DNA of 64,000 bases from an uncultured Candidatus Actinomarina sp. (GCA_902593795.1 CACJJR010000001.1:4170-68169); one strand, 5' to 3'; numbered from the stretch's first letter, positions 41,321 through 51,246 are shown. A program made the numbers and translations. The notes: a model not told the origin generated them from the letters alone.

Positions 41321-42876
41321 AAGTAAAATATTTTAGAAATATATTACTCATAGTATTAATTACCATCGTGCCTTGGTTTAATTCAAATTTTTTCGATGAA
41401 GTGAAGCCAAATGAAAATACTATTTTTAATGATACTTATTTTGAAATAAATCCTTGTAAGATTTCATTAGCTGAATTTATCTTTTTTGAAGAGAATCTGT
41501 CAAGATTTGAGTTTGTAAGTGATGTCTCTTCTCCAATTTATTGTTTTGGAAGAATATCTTCAGGAAATGAAGGTTCAACATTAAAGATTGGTAGTAACTT
41601 TTTAGTTAGTGCACTAATTATATTCTTCTTATTAAGCACTCTAATTAGTAAAACCCCACTTTTAAATAAGCCTTTGGCTATAAATAATACCTATGTAAGT
41701 TCTCTTTTTTTCACCTCAATCTTTGTGATTGGGTTAATCCTTGCAGATAGTAAATATTACAATTCAACAATTTTTTATTTTTTAAATCAAAGTTTACTAA
41801 TTAGTTTTGGATATTTAACTTTATTTATTTTTTTGATTTTAAATATCTTGGTTAATAATTATGAAATAAATAAAAGAGTATTAATTAACTATTTACCATT
41901 TTTATTTCTGTTTTCAGGATTAGTCTCAAAAAGCAATTTAAATATATGGTTGGTTATTTTTATTTATTTTGGGTTTCACCACATAAGAGAAAACAAAAAA
42001 CCTCATTTTTTAAATATTTATTTATTTTTGATTTTCTTTTGGGCAATTAATGCAAGTACAACTTTTGTTAAAATACCAACCACCTTTTTGGGATTTACAA
42101 GTACTTCTTACGATTTTTATAGTACGATTCTTTACTCAATATGTTTATATATTGCATTTTGTGGAGTAAAATTTCTCATAATTAATCAACTTAAATATTT
42201 TAAACTCTCAGAATTACTAAACAATTTTTATATCGTTATATTATGCAAACTTTTAATTCATTATCTTGCGAACCAATCTAACATTATAAAATTCATATTC
42301 GAATATCTGTTTGGAGAAATAAATACTAACAATCTAAATTCGAATTCTTTTTTTGTTTTAAACAAAGAATTAATATTTCTAGTTTCAATTCTTTCTGTTT
42401 ATCAATCTTTTATCAAAAAACATTTAAATATTAAAACACTTGGAATTTTAATTTATTTTTTCTTAAATATTACAAACTACTTTAGTGAAATAAATAACAG
42501 TATTGATAACTACAAAGAATTCCTTATTTCCTATAACCCAACATTCTTAGAATTTATTATTGGTAGCGGGCCTTTAAATCTTAATCAATTTTTATCTGAA
42601 ACCGGTTTTGATATAAATAATACAACAATTTCATCATTGAGCAGTATGATTATATTTTTTGGAATGTTAGGTTGTCTAATATTTTCAATTCTGTATATCT
42701 ATTTCATAACTTCTAAAAAATATGGATTTTTTGAAAAATTTTTTGGTAGTTTATTGATTTTTAGCTTTTTAGAAGGTTCTGGTTTAAACAATATTTCATT
42801 CTTTGTAATATACTTAGTTCTTTTTTATATAATGAAAGATAATTATTTATCGAAAAACTTTTTTTCTAATAATTAA
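41317..42876 (+). CDS. O-antigen-ligase-like membrane protein, shortened paralog of 54640..56724
   Basis: C..SL.E / I.CFG, NY.P.LFLF.G...NLN, YNP...E...G.GP shared blocks. Confidence 0.7.
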   Translation: MKVKYFRNILLIVLITIVPWFNSNFFDEVKPNENTIFNDTYFEINPCKISLAEFIFFEENLSRFEFVSDVSSPIYCFGRISSGNEGSTLKIGSNFLVSALIIFFLLSTLISKTPLLNKPLAINNTYVSSLFFTSIFVIGLILADSKYYNSTIFYFLNQSLLISFGYLTLFIFLILNILVNNYEINKRVLINYLPFLFLFSGLVSKSNLNIWLVIFIYFGFHHIRENKKPHFLNIYLFLIFFWAINASTTFVKIPTTFLGFTSTSYDFYSTILYSICLYIAFCGVKFLIINQLKYFKLSELLNNFYIVILCKLLIHYLANQSNIIKFIFEYLFGEINTNNLNSNSFFVLNKELIFLVSILSVYQSFIKKHLNIKTLGILIYFFLNITNYFSEINNSIDNYKEFLISYNPTFLEFIIGSGPLNLNQFLSETGFDINNTTISSLSSMIIFFGMLGCLIFSILYIYFITSKKYGFFEKFFGSLLIFSFLEGSGLNNISFFVIYLVLFYIMKDNYLSKNFFSNN

Positions 42877-44526
42877 ATAAATACCTAGAACAATATTTAA
42901 TAATATTATTGAATAGTTAAACAGATGGAAATTTGGTTGTTTTTCAAAGTATTCAAAATTATCGTAAGAAATCAAATATGGGTTTAGGTCTCCTTTTTCA
43001 AAACAATAATCTTTTGAATAATCATATTCAAAATTAAAGTATTTAGTGTTCATCGTGCAAAAAATTGAATAAGAATTTAACTCGTTAATTTCGATGTTTA
43101 AATTGTCAGTGTAATTTTTAGGAAACCCGTATACAAACATAAATAGAGGTAAAAATACAATTAACAAGAAGCTTCCTTTAATTTTATTACTTGAAATTTC
43201 AGCTATTAAGAAACTTACTCCAATAACAATTAAAAAAGAGTAATACAAAGGCTTTAGTGTGTCACCAATGCTTGGATCAAAGTTATTTTCTGGAAAACCA
43301 GTAATGATGTGGGTTGTAAGAATAAGAAATCCTATAAATGGAAGTGTAAAAAATTTTTTTCTATTTGTGTTAACTCTAAAAAAATATTTAATCAGCATAA
43401 GGTAAAAGAAAAATGAAATAAATAATGATGTTGTTTTTCTTAAATAACTGTTGTCTGTAATCTCTTGAACAAATATTGTTATTTGTTTTGTTTGTAAGTT
43501 TAATTTGGGTGGTTGCATTTCTTCAGAAACACTATAGATTACAAAATCTCTTCTTCCTTTAAAAAAGTTCTGTGAATCGTCATCCCAATATAAATCAAAA
43601 TAATCACCAAATGAATCTAATACTGTAATGTGAACTGCAGAAAAATTATGTCGATTTTTATAGGGAAGGTAAATGAGGGCTTTTGGATTAACTTTATATA
43701 ATAAACTTAGACTGCCCTTATTATCATATTGAGCTTCTCTTTGTGAAATGCTTTCTATATCAAAAATATTTTTCTGATTTAATTGGCTATTTTCTTGAAA
43801 CAATAAAACAAAGCAAACTAAAAGAGGGAATAGAATTAAGAATATATTTTTTTTATCTCTTAACTGTAAAAATTTTGCAGTGTAATAAAGTATGAGCACA
43901 AAAATTGTCATTGCAAAAATTGAACCCTTTTGACTAAACAATATTAAAGACAATGATCCTGCTGCAAAGAGAGACCACTTATCGCGTGTTTGAAAAAATT
44001 TTTCTAAAAGAAAAAGTACCCATGGAAAAAGTGCAAAAGCTAAAATTTCTGGCTTAAAAACAATCCTTTGCGCAATGCTTATTGGCATAAAATTAATGAA
44101 TAACAAAGCAATAATGATTTGGGATTTATTGTATTTAAATATTGAAAGAAGTTTCGCAATTCCAGCAGATCCAATTAAGAAAAAAATAAAGTTTACTTCT
44201 TGTATGCTTTTCCCTAAATAGACAAAAAAATTATTGGAAGTTAAATTATAATTTTTAAAATAAAAATAAATAGATTGGATATCATAATAAGAGAATCCTT
44301 GTTCACTATCTGTATAGTCAATAATTCCTGCATTATATTCTAAATATTTAAAGTACCTATTAAAGTCTGGGCTATCAGTAGTGTTGTAAAATAAAAAATT
44401 CATTTCTTTCACAAAAAAAAGTGAAAATATATAAATTAATGTAGCAAAGGTATAAAATTTGTTTTGTTTTATATATGACAGAAGCATATGTCTATTATAT
44501 GTGTTTGGATAATTGAACATTAACAT
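42847..44526 (-). CDS. GT-C-like membrane glycosyltransferase, related to 39547..40920
   Basis: SPD...Y, KPE, D.FGDY, GDTLK..Y; multi-TM. Confidence 0.62.
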   Translation of the reverse strand: MLMFNYPNTYNRHMLLSYIKQNKFYTFATLIYIFSLFFVKEMNFLFYNTTDSPDFNRYFKYLEYNAGIIDYTDSEQGFSYYDIQSIYFYFKNYNLTSNNFFVYLGKSIQEVNFIFFLIGSAGIAKLLSIFKYNKSQIIIALLFINFMPISIAQRIVFKPEILAFALFPWVLFLLEKFFQTRDKWSLFAAGSLSLILFSQKGSIFAMTIFVLILYYTAKFLQLRDKKNIFLILFPLLVCFVLLFQENSQLNQKNIFDIESISQREAQYDNKGSLSLLYKVNPKALIYLPYKNRHNFSAVHITVLDSFGDYFDLYWDDDSQNFFKGRRDFVIYSVSEEMQPPKLNLQTKQITIFVQEITDNSYLRKTTSLFISFFFYLMLIKYFFRVNTNRKKFFTLPFIGFLILTTHIITGFPENNFDPSIGDTLKPLYYSFLIVIGVSFLIAEISSNKIKGSFLLIVFLPLFMFVYGFPKNYTDNLNIEINELNSYSIFCTMNTKYFNFEYDYSKDYCFEKGDLNPYLISYDNFEYFEKQPNFHLFNYSIILLNIVLGIYLIIRKKVFR

Positions 44527-44546
44527 TTTATATTAATATGAGAAAA

Positions 44547-45245
44547 TTATCTTAATTCTGATTTATATGTTTTATCTTGTGAACCTTGTTTGAAGATAGG
44601 AGGATAAAACCAACGGACTTTAAAATCTAACTCATACATTTTGTAAGCCATTTCCCAGTCATATGGAAGAGTAAATTTTTTCATTGCTTCATAAAGTAAA
44701 CCTGCCGATTCCTTTTTTATAACGTAAGCTTCTGCACAATTGCTTGCTGGATGAGACGGCTTTAAATACTTTAAATTAAAAAAGTCTTTTTTTGTTTTAG
44801 ATTTTATAAAATCTTTACCCGATCCTCTACCTAAAAATACTATGTCCCAATCTGTTTTGCTAAATTTTTTAATAACACTATTTAAGTTCTTTTTTATTGG
44901 TTTTAAATTAATAACATCATCTTCAAGAATTAATCCATATTCTTTATCTGAATGAGATATATTATGTAAAGATTTTAGATGCTTGAAATAACACGAAATC
45001 TCAGCGTCAGAAAGAACCCTGTATTTCTCATCATAAATTTTCCATAGTTTAGTAATTTTTCCTAAAAATTGGTTTTCGTCTTTTATATACTCATATTCTT
45101 CAGGAGCAGTATTCAAAACTTCTCTGTCGTAATCCAATACATAATTAATTTCTAATTTTTCATCTCTAAATAGCTTATCAATAAATTCTTTCCTATCAGA
45201 AAGTTTTGAATAGTGAATAACTTGTATTAAGAGATTAGAAATCAA
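44547..45245 (-). CDS. GT25 glycosyltransferase
   Basis: DRK, AEISCYFKH, LILEDD, AEAYVI, PYD. Confidence 0.85.
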   Translation of the reverse strand: MISNLLIQVIHYSKLSDRKEFIDKLFRDEKLEINYVLDYDREVLNTAPEEYEYIKDENQFLGKITKLWKIYDEKYRVLSDAEISCYFKHLKSLHNISHSDKEYGLILEDDVINLKPIKKNLNSVIKKFSKTDWDIVFLGRGSGKDFIKSKTKKDFFNLKYLKPSHPASNCAEAYVIKKESAGLLYEAMKKFTLPYDWEMAYKMYELDFKVRWFYPPIFKQGSQDKTYKSELR

Positions 45246-45371
45246 AATATACCTTTATGTTTTAGAAACATAAGTTTGATTCTATGGTTAATAAATATTT
45301 ATTTTTTACAAATAATTTTAAATCTAAAATAATACATCAACTCTTTATTTTTGACATGTTATTTCTAGAAT

Positions 45372-47333
45372 TTAGTTTTTTTTATTAATTATCTCAACTA
45401 TCTGGTCTCCAACTAATTTTGCACCGGTTTTTGTTAGGTGTTCAGTGTCATAGTAAAAAATTGATCCATCAAAAGCTCCTACACACTCTAAGGAAATAAA
45501 AGAATCACAGAATATTTCCTTTGGGTAAACTTTGTAAATATTTTCACTATTTAAACTATCGTAAATTTGATAGGTTAGTTTTATCTCTTTACTTTCTGTG
45601 AAGTATTCGACTGGCATTGAAACATTATCATAAAAATCTAATTCCTTTTGAATAAACTGTTCTGGGATACTGAATGGGTGCTGTGGGACAGGGTAGATTA
45701 ATATCAATTTATTATTATTCTGCAGGAATATATCTACTGTTGTTTCAAAATATTTTCTAAATTCAACCTCACCATGTTTTTTTATCTCCAACTCAGTATT
45801 AATAAAATAAATTACAGTTGAATTATTTATATTTTTTAAATAACTGTTGAAACTTAGTAGATCATAACCACGTTCTTCACATTCTTTTGAAGCATTCATA
45901 TTTTCAATATATTTAATACAGCCTGTTATGTCGAAATAATTGTATTGCTTTAAATCATTTGAAGTTGATAAAAACAAACTTAATACACCTGCATGAGAAT
46001 CACCAAAATTATAAACTGAATTGTTTGAATTTCTATCAAATTCACAAATTCGTTCAATTTTTTTTCTTTCCCAGCAACTCTCGCCTTGGAGACTTAGGCT
46101 ATTTGTGCGATTGTCTTGATATTGTAAAATATCTTCTGACTGATCGCTATATCTAAACTTGTAACCATCATTACTTAAACCAATAGCCGCTATTGCTAGA
46201 ATTAAAATTAAAGGTAAAAGAAGGGTGTTTGCTTTAGTTGATTTATTTAAAAATTTTTTCTCTACATATTTGTAATTTAAATTTGTGATTACAAATAAAA
46301 GTAATACATAGTAAGGCAAGTATTTTTGAAAAATTAATTCTGAAAAATAATTTGGGTTCTTTATGTTGCCTAATAAAAGTGTTTGTTTATTTGAATATAT
46401 TCTTCCAAAAGCAAAGATTGGCTGATGAAGTAAATAGAGTGAAAAAGAAGTCAATCCAAGATTGTAAATTATTTTATTCTTTGAAAATCTTTCTATTAAA
46501 GAATTTTTATTATTTGAAAATATTATGAGCGCTGTACCAAGTGTTATTAATATTCTTGGTTCTATCTCCAATATATATTCATCATCAAATTTAAAATAAC
46601 AATAGAAAATTATTAAAAATCCAATAAAATCTATGTATTTAATTCTTAGATTTTGACTAACTATACAAAGTATTACACCGGCAACAAGTTGCCATGCCCT
46701 AAAATGCAATAAATAAAATTTTACAAAAGATGAACCTACATTTATATACAATGAAATAGTGAAAATTAATATAAAAAAAATAATTATCTTATCTTTAAAA
46801 AATTTGTACAAAATTAAAGACATAATCGGAAAGATAAGATAAAACTGTTCCTCAATACCTAAGCTCCATGTATGAAGAAAGGGCATTAAATCAGCTGGTT
46901 CAGAGTTATAAAAATCTAACTTTGAAAAGTAGACATTCGATAAGAAAAATAGTGTATAAATTATTGAGTTTAAATACTCTATTGTTGGTCTTGGCAGCAA
47001 TAAAAAATATGCAAATGGAATTGTAATCACAACTGTTGAAAGTACAGCAGGTAGAATTCTTCTTACTCTTCTTATGTAAAAACTTTTAAGTGAGAATTTA
47101 TCTTGATTAAGATCTGAAAAAATAATATTTGAAATTAAATATCCAGAAATCACAAAAAAAATATCTACTCCTAAATATCCTCCTCCAAAGTATCTAATAT
47201 CTAAGTGATAAAGAACAACTCCAACAACAGCAACAGCTCTGAGGCTATTTATATCATTTCTAAAATTAATTCTCTCAATTTTTTTTATGCTTAGAAGATT
47301 TTTTATAAAGTTAGTTAATTTGAGAATTTGCAT
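45372..47333 (-). CDS. OafA-type O-acyltransferase (Acyl_transf_3 + SGNH domain)
   Basis: R.DI..LRAVAV, GGYLGVDIFFVISGYLI, HTWSLGIEEQFY, GDSHA, D.EHL. Confidence 0.92.
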   Translation of the reverse strand: MQILKLTNFIKNLLSIKKIERINFRNDINSLRAVAVVGVVLYHLDIRYFGGGYLGVDIFFVISGYLISNIIFSDLNQDKFSLKSFYIRRVRRILPAVLSTVVITIPFAYFLLLPRPTIEYLNSIIYTLFFLSNVYFSKLDFYNSEPADLMPFLHTWSLGIEEQFYLIFPIMSLILYKFFKDKIIIFFILIFTISLYINVGSSFVKFYLLHFRAWQLVAGVILCIVSQNLRIKYIDFIGFLIIFYCYFKFDDEYILEIEPRILITLGTALIIFSNNKNSLIERFSKNKIIYNLGLTSFSLYLLHQPIFAFGRIYSNKQTLLLGNIKNPNYFSELIFQKYLPYYVLLLFVITNLNYKYVEKKFLNKSTKANTLLLPLILILAIAAIGLSNDGYKFRYSDQSEDILQYQDNRTNSLSLQGESCWERKKIERICEFDRNSNNSVYNFGDSHAGVLSLFLSTSNDLKQYNYFDITGCIKYIENMNASKECEERGYDLLSFNSYLKNINNSTVIYFINTELEIKKHGEVEFRKYFETTVDIFLQNNNKLILIYPVPQHPFSIPEQFIQKELDFYDNVSMPVEYFTESKEIKLTYQIYDSLNSENIYKVYPKEIFCDSFISLECVGAFDGSIFYYDTEHLTKTGAKLVGDQIVEIINKKN

Positions 47334-47419
47334 GTTATAAGCTTAATAAAAATACTAAAAATATTTTCTATAAATTAAGAGGATTCCAAAATTTCGAGCA
47401 AGTGATACTTTAGCAAGAA

Positions 47420-48160
47420 TTAAGTATTTTTAGTATTATCTACAAACGATTTGTTTTTAAATAATACATTACCGCCATCTTCCCATCTGATATCTTCAAA
47501 ATGAACCGTAAAACCGTTTTCAATCATAAAATTTTTGTAATCTTTGTAAAGTATCTGGTTCTCATAATTTTCTAAAACCGAAACTTCTGAGTAAATAAAT
47601 TCTATTTTAGATAGATTGGTGCTCGCCATTAACACATCGGGCTCAACACCTTGTAAATCTAACCACAGTAAATTAATTGATGTAATTTCATTCATTTTTA
47701 AGAAAGTATCCAATTTAACAACCTCAACAGTTTCTTTATCATTGAACTTAATACCAGGATGTATTTCAAGATGTAATTTAGGCTCAAGAAGTGATGAAGA
47801 TCCCCATGGTTGATCTTCATTTTCAGCTAAATTTAAATCTAATTTTCCATCGATGTCAGAAAAGGCTAATTTAAATAGTTTAATATTTTCAAATTGTTTT
47901 ACTTTTTTAGAAGTTACTTCATATAAGCTTGACATTGGTTCAAGAGAGTATATTTTTGATTTTGGGAAGTTTTCACCAAAAAAGACGGTATCGTTGCCAT
48001 TAGCTGCACCAGCTTCAACAATTACTGAATTTTTTTCTAAATTTTTTAATAAAAAAATATCAATATCTACTGGAAAATTAAGGTTTTTTTGTACATATTT
48101 TTTTAGGAAAATATACAAATTAATGTTATTTTTATATACAAAATTTTTTATTTTATCCAT
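47420..48160 (-). CDS. FkbM-family methyltransferase
   Basis: VEAGAANG, LEP, SSSLL, WLDLQG.E, GNVLF. Confidence 0.88.
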   Translation of the reverse strand: MDKIKNFVYKNNINLYIFLKKYVQKNLNFPVDIDIFLLKNLEKNSVIVEAGAANGNDTVFFGENFPKSKIYSLEPMSSLYEVTSKKVKQFENIKLFKLAFSDIDGKLDLNLAENEDQPWGSSSLLEPKLHLEIHPGIKFNDKETVEVVKLDTFLKMNEITSINLLWLDLQGVEPDVLMASTNLSKIEFIYSEVSVLENYENQILYKDYKNFMIENGFTVHFEDIRWEDGGNVLFKNKSFVDNTKNT

Positions 48161-48170
48161 ATAAATTTAT

Positions 48171-48205
48171 GAGGCAGGATTAAACTGCTAACTCCCTATT
48201 TTTGA
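48171..48205 (-). repeat. Degenerate direct repeat of the tRNA-Phe 3' half (relic att-like site)
   Basis: gaggcaggattaaactgctaactccctatttttga vs 51256..51290 gaggcagaatcgaactgccgaccccttgtttttca: 26/35 ungapped identities, 8 of 9 mismatches are transitions. Confidence 0.65.
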
Positions 48206-48293
48206 TTATTGCAAACTTTAACCTTTATTATTCTACCTCATTCAGTTTAAACATACTCTTGCTGCACAAAGTCAAAATGTGCAAAGAAATTAG

Positions 48294-49145
48294 CTATTTG
48301 TTTATAATTTTTGCCAGGTATGAAGAAAGTTCATATTTGATAAATTCATTATTGTTGAGAAGAGTTTTATATTGAGTATCGTTGCCAACATACTTTCTGG
48401 CAACTTGATTAGATTTAAAATTTTCCACAATATCTTTTTCTTCAAGATTTAAACAATTAGCAACCTGTAAGCTAAAGTCTTTTAATGAAATACTTACATC
48501 TACTGCATCAAAAAAATATTGTAATCCTTTTTTCGAGTCAAAGAGTAAATCAATAACTACATAAACTAAATGATCTAAAAAACAAATAGAGTGCGTATCA
48601 TCCGTTTCGCTCTCTATTATTATTTTATTAAATTCAATACCTTGAGTTATTAATGAAATAAAATTACTCTTTGGTGGCTGAGAACTGATTGGACCAAGCA
48701 ATGAAAATATGCGTGAGATAACTAATGTAAAATTATACTGATTAGATAGCTCAGTAAATTGTTTCTCCTCTTTCTTCTTTTGCTCTTTATATATTGAATA
48801 AATTTCTGAATCTTTATGATTTTCTATATTTACTAATCCAGATGAAGGGTAATACAAACTTTGTATATTATTATTCTTGATAAATTCTATAGTATCCTTC
48901 AACAAAGCATCAAGTTTTTGCTGATAGCTTTCAGGGGTTTTGATTTTATTTGATTGTGGAAGTACAAAAGCATTATGTATTAAATGAATGTCATTATCTA
49001 TTGTATTTATTTTTTTCCAATCATTTTGAGATGAAATAGTAATAATTTTTTTATTGGTATTATATTTATTTTTTAAAATTCTTATAAAATTTTGTGATAA
49101 CCAACCAGATGAACCGGTAATTACAATTGTTTCTTTTTTACTCAC
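48294..49145 (-). CDS. Divergent NAD-dependent epimerase/dehydratase
   Basis: ITGSSGWL, PSSG, YKEQK, RIFSLLGP. Confidence 0.72.
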   Translation of the reverse strand: MSKKETIVITGSSGWLSQNFIRILKNKYNTNKKIITISSQNDWKKINTIDNDIHLIHNAFVLPQSNKIKTPESYQQKLDALLKDTIEFIKNNNIQSLYYPSSGLVNIENHKDSEIYSIYKEQKKKEEKQFTELSNQYNFTLVISRIFSLLGPISSQPPKSNFISLITQGIEFNKIIIESETDDTHSICFLDHLVYVVIDLLFDSKKGLQYFFDAVDVSISLKDFSLQVANCLNLEEKDIVENFKSNQVARKYVGNDTQYKTLLNNNEFIKYELSSYLAKIINK

Positions 49146-49209
49146 TTTAATGTGAATTATATATAGCTAATAAAGATTATATATTTTTTATATTATGAGT
49201 TTGAAAAAA

Positions 49210-51120
49210 CTAATCTTTTATAAATATTGGAATAGAATTATTGTTCCTAATGGGATACTCAACTCTACTATAGTCGTAAATAACTTCACAAAATGAATAC
49301 AACTCTTCGTTGCAAAGAATTATATCTGGCTCTTTTAACATTAACTCGTTAAATATCTCTTCCTTTGTTGTGTTTTCTGGGTTGTCAAATAGGTTTACTT
49401 CGTTCAAAAACATTAAAACTGGATGGTTAACATATGAAAGGTTTGGAACGTCTAAATAAAATAAGATCAGGTGGTGATCTAATGCAAGAACCTTTGAATT
49501 AGTATCAACATCATAATTTACCTGTAAATCTTTTGCGATTTGCTGAAGTAAATACTCCTCTTCTATAATTTCAAAGTTTTGTATATTTTCTGACGATTTT
49601 TCATAAGAGGAGTGGAAAATAGAAAGGCTTGCTATAACAACAAGAGGTAGTAGGAATTTTGCTACTATATTTTCTTGTATATTGATAATGTATAAACAGA
49701 ATAAATAAATCAGGAAGTTATATCTTCCTGGTGCCTGACCAACGATAAATAGATGTATCAGCCCTCCAACAAAAAAATAAGGAAGTGACGACAAAGCATT
49801 TGGTAAAGAATCTTTTCTAAAACTATTTAAAGATAGGTACACAATGAAACCTGCAATAAAAAGTGCTACCCCTGAAAGAAAGAGGTTGTAACTGTAAAGT
49901 CCTTTAAATGGGTCGATAAACCCATTTAAAAAATTAGATACCCTTTCTCCAAATGAAATACTGGTATAACCTAATGGAATTTGTATGTTGGCAGTAAGGT
50001 AGACCCTTAGTAAGTCATTAATAAAGTAAATCAAGAGAAAAAATAAATGAGGTATTGAAAACCCAGTAAAAAATCGAGTTAATTGGTTTTTATATTTTGA
50101 ATAAATATAAAAAGTAGCAGCTATAAAAAACAGAACTGTTCCATGATTGGTGAGGGTTGCTAGGGAGAAAAGAATTCCTAGAAAAAGAAAGTTTGTATTT
50201 TGTTTTTTTTCTAATAGGTAAATGGCTAGAGCAATAGGTAGTAAAGAAAAGAGTTCTGAAACTCAGGTAGCACCATAATATTCAATAGACAAAATGGAGG
50301 TGTAAACCAACAGTGCAGCAATTATATTTGCTTTCTTTCCTTTTTGCTTTAGAGTGCTGAACATAAGAATTGTTAAAACTAATAAAGGAATGTCTTGTAA
50401 AAATTTCACAATTCGATAATCGCCGTTGCTTAAAAGATCAATAACACTGTAAATATACATAAGTAGTACACCTTTGGTTTCATATTGAGACTCATAAGGT
50501 AAATTCCCTCTATTGATATCTTGACCCATACTGAGGTATGCTGAAATGTCCCAGGAGATAATTTCTTTACTTAAATAAACCTGTTGAAGAAAAAAAGAAA
50601 ACAGTAAGACACCTAACAAAACAAAATTCATATTGACTTTTTCTATAATTTCTAGATCTGTAATTAGAGGTACCAAAAAGATGCCAGCTAGGATAAAGAT
50701 CTCAGCAATAGAATTTTCTGCAACCAAGAATATATATAGATTTAAAGTTACTAAAAAGAATAAAAGTAGAGAGAGTCTCTCTTTTCTAAAAAAGTAAAAA
50801 ATAAAATTTATGAGAGAGAGGACTACTAATGCATAAGAGTAAATTACTTTATTCTGAGCAAGAGCAATAGAAGTAACTCCCTTATTAATAGAAGCTCCAT
50901 AAATGGTATTAAGACATTGAATATTTTCAAACTCAGGAATAAGTGGAATATCAACAAAAGAGATTATTAGTGATTCTGAATTAAGAAGCGTGGTATCAAT
51001 TTTTTCAACAACAGAACAGGTATTAACTTTTGATAAAGAATTTTTTGAAATAGCATTATTAAGAAGAAAAACCTGAAAAAATAAAGTAAGTAAGAAAACT
51101 AAAAATAATACTTTCTTCAC
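49210..51120 (-). pseudogene. GT-C-like membrane glycosyltransferase interrupted by one in-frame TGA (50263..50265)
   Basis: Track ORFs 50263..51120 and 49210..50034 are in the same frame and the 76 codons between them are open (VSELFSLLPIALAI...); WD...Y, G.LPY...E.K motifs. Confidence 0.75.
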
Positions 51121-51246
51121 ATTTTGATATTACACAGTTGTTATAAAGGACAAAAGCAAAAATCTCGAGTTTATTTAGTTTTAGGTATGTCTATGAGACA
51201 GTTTTGTAATTTAAGAATGCTAGTAAGAAAAAACTCTTGTAGCGAC

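Noticed and set aside
45255-45273. TTATGTTT-tag-AAACATAA palindrome
   Set aside because: Almost all A/T; expected by chance at this composition
47391-47406. atttcgagcaagtgat resembling tRNA-Phe ttttcagacaagtgct as a second relic
   Set aside because: Too short, and the flanks are not colinear; cannot be distinguished from chance
48263-48283. TGCACA-n9-TGTGCA inverted repeat as a terminator
   Set aside because: Short stem, long loop, no U-tract on the strand that would need it
50263-50265. Alternative genetic code (TGA=Trp) or selenocysteine
   Set aside because: TGA terminates several conserved genes here with coupled downstream starts; no SECIS-like hairpin or redox context evident
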